Assembly: GCF_000400465.1 (NCBI RefSeq)
Contig: NW_008806287.1
Location: forward strand, 90,001 to 122,000
Origin: Wallemia ichthyophaga EXF-994
Lineage: Eukaryota; Fungi; Basidiomycota
Reading direction: 5' to 3'
DNA: 32,000 nt
Under the pieces are notes generated by a model. That model was not told the DNA's origin. It made no database searches and was given only the letters and a program-made list of their open reading frames with translations. The position numbers and the translations under genes are program-made. Below, in pieces: positions 8,721 to 19,300 of the stretch (positions are counted from its first letter, which is position 1; every line of letters starts with the position of its first letter).

Positions 8721-11341
8721 ATGACGATCTCGATAAACCACCAAGAGCAGCAAAAATGGCGTAGTAATTTTGAAAGCTACGCCAATGTATCCAAAGATGG
8801 CGTTAAATATCTCGATAAAGCAGCATTTCTCGATGCTGTCGCTCCTCGTTCCGGTAAAGGTCACGCCAGAATATCAAGAGAGCAATATAACGTCTTCTTT
8901 GATGTTGCAGATAAATCAAAAAGAGGCCTTATATCCGTGAGTTCCCTTGATATATAAGCTGCTTTTCCTTCCTCTCGTTAAATCGCGGGGCACCATGCAG
9001 CACAAGGCACGAATGACCGCTAAAATTACTTCAGGCTGATGACTTTATTGCGTTTGAAAACTTGTTGAAGCAGCCAGATGCTCCTTTCCAGGTTGCTTTT
9101 CAATATTTCGATAGGTACGCGTGCACAGATTCACATGACTCATCCTCAAGACTAACACTCGGCGTAGACGCAACAAAGGTTCCGTCTCCTTTAGTGACTT
9201 TAGAAATGTTTTCAGCCAATACCTCGGTGAGAAGGCTATTCCCTTCGACTTTGAGTGCGATTGGTTGAGGCTTTATCTCGGAAAATTGTCAGAATCCAAC
9301 GAACATGTTTTGCCTTATCATGAATTTACTCAGATGATGAAAGGCTTACAAGGTGAAAGAATCAGACAGGCTTTTCACTACTTTGGTGAGTTTTTATCAA
9401 CTATATAATGAAATTGCTTATACTGTCTTCAAGATAAAGGTTGGCTCCCTTAACTTCTATTTAATATGCTCAAATCATTATTAGATAATGATGGCTGGAT
9501 TAGACCGGAAGACTTCCAAAAAATTATACTAGTATGTAGCACTTTTCATCCCTTTCCACCTGTCTTACGTCACTTAAAAGGAGGTAGCCTCTCATAAGCT
9601 CTCAGGTTCAGTTCTAGATCGATTACCCTCTCTATGTCATATCACTGCAGACCAAAGGATCTCTTACGCTGACGTTAGAGCCTTCTACAATGTTCTTCAC
9701 GATATGGACGCCATAGAGCATGTCGTCGACATTGCTACATCTCAAGCATCCGATGGAAGAATCTCTCCTTCAGATTTCTTAGCAACTGCACAGCGTAACA
9801 CTCGTTATGGAAGCTTTTCACCAATGGAGGTTGCTTTCGCTTGGCATCTAGCTTCTCCAGGGGCTGTTGGTAGAGCAGGTACACCAGAACCGGACGTTAG
9901 ATTATCCAAAGCAGATTTTGATTCCCTATTTGATCCAAACTGGACCCCTATTGAGGCACTTGCTCCATCTCAACCACCAAAATCAGCACTCCACGAAACC
10001 TTAATAGGTATTTACAACTTTGCTCTCGGTGGTTTAGCAGGTGCTACTGGCGCTACTGTCGTATATCCAATAGATTTAGTCAAGACGAGAATGCAAAACC
10101 AGAGAGCTGCAGTTGTTGGTGAAATGATGTATGCCAACAGTATTGATTGTGTAAAGAAGGTTTTCAAAAATGAAGGCTTTACTGGGTTTTATAGAGGCTT
10201 GTTACCACAACTTGTTGGTGTCGCCCCAGAGAAGGCCATCAAGTTGTGAGTTGCATGCTTATCACAATCAAGTTTCGCTAAAGTATTTCAGAACCGTAAA
10301 TGACGCAGTGCGTCACCTTGCACAAAATAGAGATAATGGTTCCATCAGTCTTCCCTGGGAGATTGTTGCTGGTGGTGCTGCTGGTGGTTCGCAAGTCTTT
10401 TTTACCAATCCACTCGAGATTGTCAAGATCAGATTGCAAATTCAAGGTGAAGCTGTTAGAATTGGTGAAGCTCAGCCCAGGGGTGCATTCCATATCATCC
10501 GTCAGCTAGGTTTGCTTGGTCTCTACAAAGGCGCCACGGCCTGTTTGCTCAGAGATGTTCCATTTTCAATGGTTTGTGCGTTGATTGCTTATTCTACTTT
10601 TTCTCTTGCTAATTCTCTCAACCAGACTTCACCTCTTATGCGCATTTGAAGAAGGACTTTTTCAAGGAAGGTGTGCACGGTAAGAAGCTTGGCTTCGGCG
10701 AAACCCTGCTATCGGCAGCGGTAGGATTTGGACTTTTCCGTGCAACAAAAAAACTAATCATGTCTTAGATTGCCGGTATGCCTGCTGCTTATTTCACTAC
10801 CCCAGCAGACGTGATCAAGACTCGTCTCCAGGCTGAAGCTAAGCAAGGCCAAACAAGCTACAGAAATGTTGGCCATGCTTTCACAAGCATCCGTGAGTAT
10901 TTTGCTTTGTATTCACATGGCCTAGTTTCTTAGACTTTTTGTTAGTAAGGGAAGAGGGACCAAAAGCTTTGTTCAAGGGTGGCCCTGCTAGAGTTTTGAG
11001 AAGCAGTCCACAGGTAAGTGTAGCGGTTTACAAAAAGGCGACCTTGACATTCATTTAGTTTGGTGTTACTTTGGTTGCCTATGAGTGGCTGCACAAGCTG
11101 ATGCCAGTAAGTGATGAGCTAATCAATGTCTCAAATCTTATCCCCAATTAGTATCCATTCCAAAGCTCTGATAAGCCTTCTGTCAGTGCTTTACTGCCAC
11201 AGCGGGAAGAGGATATCACAAGAGTCAGAGCCCGTAACGCTCTCAAGCTGTTGTTGGATACTCGTAAGTAGTTGTGGGTTACGCATTGGCTATTCTCACG
11301 ACTGAGTAGATTGTGACTTTGGCCATGTCCGAGTGCACTAA
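8721..11341 (+). CDS. AGC1: Calcium-binding mitochondrial aspartate/glutamate carrier (aralar/citrin type), 664 aa
   Basis: 13 exons: 8721-8936, 9035-9114, 9168-9385, 9434-9439, 9485-9531, 9581-10245, 10292-10575, 10626-10720, 10769-10892, 10946-11013, 11059-11106, 11152-11263, 11310-11341 (1995 nt). N-terminal EF-hands and three carrier signatures [24 protein letters not shown]. Confidence 0.96.
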
Positions 11342-11693
11342 AGACGCTAGACATAGCTTGCAAGTAGCTTCGAAGAAAAGAAACACATGTAAACTTAAAT
11401 TGACTGAAATTCAAATCAAATAATTCTTACGTGCGAAAGATTCTGATTGCGTAATCAGATGATACGGAGATCACATATTAAAATTCACATGATTTTGAGA
11501 ATGTTTACGTGTGATTTGATGCACGCTGCTGGTTCTGATCATGCCGACACTTTAATGCCTCTGCTTCGGTCCTATAGAAAAACGCCTTTGATATCGGGGT
11601 TTTGGAGGACATTTTCGGTAAGATTTCGATTCGCAGTCTCACGACTTTAAATATAGACAAAGGTCTTTTAAACAAGAACATCCACAAGATACA

Positions 11694-13171
11694 ATGAACC
11701 CAACTGCAGTCGCCAATAAAGAAAAGATCCTCGCTGTACTCTACACAGCAGGCAAGTACGCCAAAGAACAACCAAAGTTATTGGGTACTATCGAGAACAA
11801 GCTCGGTATTAAGGACTGGCTCGAGTCTCAAGGCCACGAGTACATAGTCACCGATGACAAGGAAGGTCCAAACTCGGAATTCCAAAAGCACATCAAGGAC
11901 GCGACCTGCGTTATCACCACGCCATTCCATCCAGCCTACCTCACTAGGGATGTCATGAACAAGGCTGACAAGCTTAAGATTGCAATCACTGCTGGTGTCG
12001 GTTCTGACCACATCGACTTGAATGCAGCAAACGAGCGGAAAATCACCGTCGCTGAGGTCACCGGTAGCAATGTTGTTGCTGTGAGTACATGGTTCAATCT
12101 GTGTGCATTTGACTCATCAGCTGCAGGTCGCTGAACACGTTCTCATGACTATTCTCAACTTGGTCAGAAACTTCGTTCCAGGTAAGCAGCTTCACTAGTT
12201 ATCAAGCAAAGACTTAACAAATTATGTAGCCCATGAACAAATCATGAGAGGCGAGTGGGACGTCGCTCAAGTCGCACGTAACTCTGTGAGTTATCAGCAC
12301 TTGATGACATACAGTGTTAATTCAATCGTTAGTATGACTTAGAGGGCAAGGTAGTTGGAACTATCGGTGCAGGAAGAATTGGTTACAGAGTTCTCCAAAG
12401 AGTTAGTTGAAAATCTTGCTTACAATCTCACTAAGCTGACACATTCACAGCTGAAGCCTTTCGACTGCAAGGAGCTCCTTTACTTTGATTACCAGGCCTT
12501 GCCAAAAGATGCTGCTGATGCTGTTGGCGTTCGTCGCGTCGATGATTTGAAGGACTTCCTCAGCCAATGTGATATTGTTACTGTCAACGCACCATTACAC
12601 GAAGGCACTCACCACTTGATGTTAGTTGGAAGAATTACTGCTAAGACCGATCTAACGCTACAATAGTAACGATGACACTATTAAATCTATGAAGCCTGGT
12701 TCTTGGTTGATCAACACTGCCAGAGGTAATTCTTGGTTTCCATCTATATTCATCTGACATTATTCAGGTGCTATCTGCGATGCCGCAGCTGTCAAGCGCG
12801 CTATGGCTTCTGGTCACATCAATGGATATGGTGGTGACGTTTGGGACACCCAACCGGCACCTGCTGATCACCCATTGCGTTCTGCTTTTAACACAATGGG
12901 TGGAGGTGCGTGCTTTCTAATGCCATGTTCTTTAAGCATTCTAACAAAACACAGGAAATGCCATGACTGCACACATCTCTGGAACATCATTGGACTCTCA
13001 AGAAAGATACGCTAACGGTGTCAAGGAAATCCTCGACAACTACTTCAACAAGAAGGAGCAGAATCCAGCCAACTTGATCGTTACGTGGGTTATACACTAT
13101 TTTCAAATTAACTTTGCTGACATAGCCTTAGTGACGGTCAGTACGCTTCAAAGGCTTACGGTAAGCGTTAG
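11694..13171 (+). CDS. FDH1: NAD-dependent formate dehydrogenase, 367 aa
   Basis: 9 exons: 11694-12080, 12127-12181, 12230-12285, 12333-12401, 12451-12620, 12667-12725, 12768-12905, 12955-13084, 13132-13171. [30 protein letters not shown] (the Asp indicates NAD+ preference), [19 protein letters not shown]. Confidence 0.97.
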
Positions 13172-13710
13172 GAGTATAAGAAATGACTATTTGTATGATT
13201 ATGAATATAAGATAATTAGATTGATCTTATTCCAATTCTGGAAGTTGGCGCAATGTCTTGCCTAATTAGCTTGGCGATAAAGAAGAGTAGCCTCAAGGTT
13301 CTGTCGCTAGGCTGGGGTATCCTTAACACTCAAGCTTCCGTCAAACATTTAGTTCCCTGTCTATTTACTCTGGAAGAGCGAACCCTATAACTAGGTTGAG
13401 ATGCTTCATAGTGATGCAATAAAGTACCGAGTAAATAGTAAATGTGTTGATAAGGCTGGAGAATATTCTCGCTCTGAGAATTGTGCAGAATGATTGTCTT
13501 TGCCATAAATATAGCGTTGATCTGATCACAGAAGTTGCACATATCAACCGCGCATATTGGTATCCCAATCATCTTATCTATCTTTGCGGCCGTTTAGGCT
13601 TCTTCTGCTTTTCATTTTATTCATTCATTTTTCCATTCTCGATCTTTGTTTTACTTCCGCTCAATCATAAAGTTACAGTCTAATGAATAATTAAAAGACA
13701 TCGATACAAA

Positions 13711-13728
13711 TATATATATATATATATA
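13711..13728. repeat. (TA)9 microsatellite, possible TATA element
   Basis: Nine uninterrupted TA units, the only long dinucleotide run I noticed in the window. Confidence 0.9.
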
Positions 13729-15181
13729 AGTCATTCGTCCCGTCGCAACCCACAAGCACTCAATTCTGTACTCGTCTCTCCATATCTGATGACATCAAGA
13801 TGTGTTTGTAGGATGAAAGGGCTATTTGAATAGTGGCTTTAGTACTGACAGACATTTACAGCAGTATGAGATGTTCGGTTGTATTTAATTCTGCTCAATG
13901 GACCCTGCATTAACCAAGTAAGTGAGAAGACGAATGCATGCATAACATATACTGAAATTGCAATATAGCAAAAGTATCGTCTTCATAGAATCTCCAGCAC
14001 CCATAATACATTTCCATCTCAGCTCTCTACTCAATATTCACTAAGTTAGATTTTTTCTCTGCCATCTGTCTCATTTCAGATGGTGATTAACCACTTTTAA
14101 TGATCTTTAAATAAAAGAGCATATTGGTAGCCCTGACTGAAGTGAACATGATTCTGCCTTTTCTAGATCCCTAGTGCTCCAATTGCGCCCTGCACGCTGA
14201 TCGGGAGCAATGGTCCGAAATGCTCTACAGCCCTCTATAGCATAGATAAGAATGATCATACGGAATTTGTCACTAGATTAAAATTATTGTAGCTGAGCGG
14301 TACCTCGATTGAAATCTCTAAAGAATTGAGTCCAATGAACACGAAACCCGTTTTACGACGCATGGCGTCTACAGGACTCAATGTTGTCACCAGGAGAAAA
14401 TCATCGCCGTTCCGTATCATATCACACTTCGAAGAAGAAACTAGGCAGAGAAAATTTGGGGTTAGCGCAACTCTGAAATCGGGTTTTGGCTTCCGATCAG
14501 TGTATATCGAGATTTCATATAATGGGAGTGTGGAGGCGGTTAAGGTTGTGTTATAATCTTTGAAGTCATTAAAAAAGGAATATGTACTTTAAGCTACAAA
14601 ATTACGCTTCGTGAAACATACCATATTGAACTGGACTTGTTCAGAGCACATCACCACGTTATCAGCTTTTAACCCGCTTTCACTTTCTCTGAAAATTTAA
14701 TTGCTAAAGAATGATTTCAATATTGTTTAATTTAAAGTTGTTGCAGTGCTAAGACGAACACGTCATTGAACATGCTATTCTCGACTAGGATATATATCAA
14801 CTTCGTCCTGGAGGACGCCATGGAAATAAAGTGGAAGTTTAAATATTTTCCAGTAATGCGCTGTATATGTAAAGCAGAATATAAACTCGAACATCTCCTC
14901 ACGTCCCTGTTATTATTCACCAGCTCCGCTAGTCTCCGCCCTCCAGAAGACGTCGGCATTTGCTAGTGTTTTTGAAAATGCATGCATGCTTTCTTTATCG
15001 AACGGTCCTCGCTATTACGTGTGACCATGTCTGTCTGCGAGCGCTGTTGGGCATTGGGTAGCTAACACAAGGCATAATATAATTTGAATTTTAAAATGAA
15101 TTCCACGCTTGTAGCAGTTTAACGTGTATCACTACGCACCTGACACGTCTCTTTCGTCCTGACGGTCAACACGTTGATACC

Positions 15182-16218
15182 ATGATACTTTTAGAGGTGG
15201 GTAAATAACTATTAGGGAATTAAACTAACAGCAAAACAGCCAGAGAACGTAATTATTAAGAAAATCTTCAATGAGAAGCTTATCAAGCCAACATCTGTGG
15301 ATCAGACATTCGTCGACTTTGACGGCGTTAGATACCACGTATTCACACCAAATAACAAAGTAAAGACTGAGCTCATCTTATCCATTTCCCTGGCTTGCTG
15401 GTCAGAATTGGAATCATTTGGGGCGTATGATGTACTTTTGCAGCACTACGGCAGCAGTCTGGCTAAAGGTTTAGAGGCTGGATACGACGTTTCGATTCAA
15501 ATCGATTTAAATCAAATTCCTTCAGATCCAGAGCAGCGTGATGGTTTCATCAACAACCTCTCCCTCCTCAAAAGAAACGCAATGAGCGCTCCATTCTTAC
15601 AAGCATTTCAAACTCAGAAGCAACTCGAGGGCATGCAAGTTCCAACGGATGGCTCACCAGCTCCTCAGGGTCCTTTACTCGAAATACATTACAGAAATCA
15701 GGAGGCTATATACATTCAAGCCGGTATCGATAGGGTCACCGTCATCTTCTCCACCGTATTCCAAGAAGAGACAGACAAAATCTTTGGCAGAGTATTTTTG
15801 CAGGAGTTTGTCGACGCTAGGAAGTTACCATCGATTCAAACAGCTCCTCAAGTTCTTTACTCAACGAGGGAACCTCCCCTTGAAATACGTCACTTGCCAA
15901 ACTTGATTAAATCTGACGACGTCGGCTACGTAACGTTTGGTGAGTTTAGTTTGCAGTTTGAGAGAATTTTACTTAATTCACCATTTAGTCCTCTTCCCGC
16001 GTCATTTCTCCAATCAACACGTCGCTGCATCAACGATAAGTCGTATACAACTCTTTAGAAACTACCTCCACTATCACATCAAATGCTCAAAAGCTTACAT
16101 GCACTCTAGAATGCGTACAAGAGTCGCTGACTTTTTGAAAATTCTCAACAGAGCCAAACTCGATAAGAGCGAATCTGAGCGCAAAACAATTACCGGACGT
16201 ACCTTCAGGTCACGTTAA
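15182..16218 (+). CDS. ARC35: Arp2/3 complex subunit 2 (p34-Arc), 314 aa
   Basis: Exons 15182-15196, 15240-15939, 15989-16218. [78 protein letters not shown]. Confidence 0.97.
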
Positions 16219-16320
16219 GATATCTAATCATATGTAGTATAATTTCATATTTCCTTATTCCAAAGTTATTTCAACGTGTGGTCCTGCTATCCAAATCATG
16301 CCACTTGTTGTACATCGACC

Positions 16321-19300
16321 ATGGCGCTGGATAAAGACAAAGTAAAATCAAGCTATGGGAACATTTACTTGATAAAATATCTAAATAACGCGTCTGGGAA
16401 TTCTGTCGATAAGGACGAGCTCGTCGATCTTCTCATCAATCCCCAGCAAGAATACCCAACAGGACGTCTGATTAGGAATCTCATTTCAAAGCTTGTTCTA
16501 TCATCTGATCAATCAGCGCTCAATCACATTGTCAGCGAGCTCGTGTCTAAATTGCCGAGTAGCTCCATAAGTGACAAAGCCAGATCGTCGACACTCTTTG
16601 TTTTAGGTCAAGTGATACAACATAACCCTGGAAAGGTTCGTGAGCTTTGATTATTTCTTATTTCTTATTGCTAATTGATCTCCCCAAGTTCTCTTCAACT
16701 TGTGCCGATCTTTACGACATTTCCTTCAAGTATCTCAGAAATTCAAATCTTGTGAGTAAATTGAATAGCGAGGCACTCAATGACTGATCAATCACCTCAA
16801 CAGTCCAGTCACCTGAGATTTCACGCTGGTATCGTTATCACAAAGATCATAGAGACCTCGTCAAGTATAATCACCGAAAACCAAGTAAAAGACCTCATTA
16901 AGCAACTCAAAAACCTTATTACTGACAAAGTATATCCACTTCAACGCGTTTCAACTAAATGTATATCCAATCTCAGCACCTTCACCCAACATTTATCAAG
17001 CACCACCGATATTGAGCAAATTGTGAGCATATGTATTAAGACAGCGGATATTGTCGACCAGCAAACGAGACAGCATCATACCGCACTCGCTGCTCAGTTG
17101 CTGGCTTCTACTCAGTTCAAAATTAAGCATCAGCCTCAGCAATCCAAGATCTTATCAACAAAGACGATTAAGAGGGATAAAACCAAGGACAAAGACCAAG
17201 ATGATGACGTTAAAGACACCAACGAAGCTCCTGTCATTGGTTTGATGGCTATTGATAATATGCTAAGCATTCCATCCAGCCACTTCAACAAAGGATCTAG
17301 GAAAATTAAAAACATTATTATAGAAATTTACGCCTCTCTGTTCTCATCTATGGGCTCAAAGTGGATCGAATCCAATTACCAAACTATCATTACACATCTA
17401 ATTTACAGTGTAATGGAGTCCAATATGGTTAAACCTTGTGACATACTTACCGTTAGATCTTCTCTCAACATACTTCTGAGGGAGCATATTGGTAAAACTC
17501 TACTAAGCGAGCAAGGTCAAGGCCTTGCACTCAATGTGTTGATAGACACCTTTTTATCCAAGTACACAAAGGGAGACACACTTCAAGCTAGGTACTCAGA
17601 CCAATCTTTAGTTGTCGTTGTTGAAGAGAGCATTGGATTGTTAGATCAACTGGGCAGTGTCCCATTACAGGTTCAAGACAGCCTCCCTGACCTTTTGTTC
17701 AAGTTGATCGCGCTTCCTTCTTTCAGTGCGCAGATATCAGTTTCAAGGCTTTTTCGTCAATTCCACTACCTCTGCCCGACTCGATTGGAAGTATCATTAA
17801 ACAAACTTCTTGACTTGCTAGAAAAGAAGTTATCTCATTTAAGAACACCAAACGCATCTTCAGAAGTAGCATTTACATCTATTGGATACACATGTGCAAC
17901 CGGTAGTTTGATAGCATTATTCAGGCAAAGACCATTAAATACACCAATTGAAATACCATTTAAAGTATTTGAGCTATCTCAAGGCTTACTCAGGAAATCC
18001 GGAGAATGTGAATTTGATCAAGCTTCAATTCACATTCAAAATGCTTGGATTCTCATTGACTCTTTAATGTCAGTTGGTCCACAATTTGTGACATCGATAA
18101 TCAATCAATTGATGCTACTGTGGAGAAATTCTCTGACAAAGATTGATATGCAGACCAATGCTCCAAAAACTCAAACGGAATGGACCTTTTTGCTGCATGT
18201 CAGGGAATGCGCTCTTACTGCTTTATTAAGCTTTTTGAAATTTAATGCATCAACGCTATTGACAATGGAACTTTCAAGAAAGTTTGTCGGCTTACTGAAC
18301 AATACACTATCTTTTTCAATGTCATTTAATATCACCAATTCGGCAATATTGAAGGATCAAATTCCTACCGGAGCGTGTGCTCATCCAAACATTGGACTTC
18401 TAGACAGAGACATTCTACTCAAAAGACGTATCTACCAATGCTCAGTCTACCTTGATAACAATAGCAATACAGAGACTCTCACTGCTTTCATCGAAGCTGC
18501 TTTTTATGCTTTTGGTGACTCTGAAAGGTACGCTGGTTCGGCGGCTCAAGCTGCTATTGCCTCCACTACAAGCTCCGCTGGCTCCTTCGCATTTATTTGG
18601 AGTGTAAGTGATGGCTATGGCTATGGTCTGACCAGTCTCCATGATGTGGATGTTCCAGAAGGCAACAACCAGACATCTGAAAAGCTAATGAAGGAGGTAA
18701 GCGCTCCATTTTATTCTTAAAGTGATCGATCTAAAAATAATTATAAAGATCCGTAGGCCTTCACCTAATGCTTACGAGCATGATATACTTAGTTTATTTG
18801 AAAACGATCCTACATTAGTCACTCCACAACCTGCACCAGCAACGGTATTGGTTGACGCGGCCATTACGTTTTTTGCTTTGCGTTTAACAGATGTGGATTC
18901 CACATCCATGATTAAATTGTTCGAAAGTATTAGAGCATCAGTCAAGAATCCAAAGCTAGATCGCAATCCTGGCCGCAAATTAGCAGTTATTGTCAATACA
19001 TTGATTGCGATACGCGGATTTTTAAGCAATGGTAAATCACGCAAGCTACGTACAGTACTAAGCGTAGCTCCGATACGTAACACCTTGCAAGAACTTTTCG
19101 AGGATGCTATCACTAATGAAGATGCAACATTACGACGTCTTGGAGCCGAATCTTTAGGAAGGCTCATCGCATTAACAGCTGACAGAAGCTTCATGACGAC
19201 GCAATCAAGATTTTACTTGGATCTTATCGTAAACAACAGATCTCCATCTATAAGATCAGGTAGTGCTATCACTTTAAGTGAGATATATAAACAAGTTGGT

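Noticed and set aside
8937-9034. Second hidden micro-exon (CACAAG) in the 98-nt first intron of AGC1
   Set aside because: It would need a GC donor and a 28-nt intron, and the protein already reads as an intact EF-hand (GLISADDFIAF) without it. Why this intron is long remains unexplained.
8721-13265. Apparent frameshifts or pseudogenes in AGC1 and FDH1 (also YME2 and LAA1) suggested by fragmented ORFs
   Set aside because: All breaks are resolved by canonical short GT-AG introns, giving full-length proteins with intact catalytic or signature residues.
13787-13848. Box C/D snoRNA candidate (TGATGA ... CTGA)
   Set aside because: No terminal stem, no convincing D' box and no rRNA-complementary guide that I recognise. 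The CTGA is better explained as the TACTGAC branch point.
14153-14167. U5 snRNA loop-I-like TCTGCCTTTTCTAGA
   Set aside because: It lacks the invariant A of GCCUUUUAC and has no extended stem; it reads as a polypyrimidine tract plus TAG acceptor.
14484-14508. U2 snRNA 5'-like stretch TTTTGGCTTCCGATCAGTGTATATC
   Set aside because: Alignment needs several gaps, the branch-recognition GUAGUA is missing and the flanks do not match; similarity is at about chance level.
14611-14650. TPP-riboswitch-like TGAAA..ATACC..TGAACTGGA
   Set aside because: The conserved CUGAGA and the GAUC-stem-UAAU-stem-GCG arm are absent, and no thiamine gene is adjacent.
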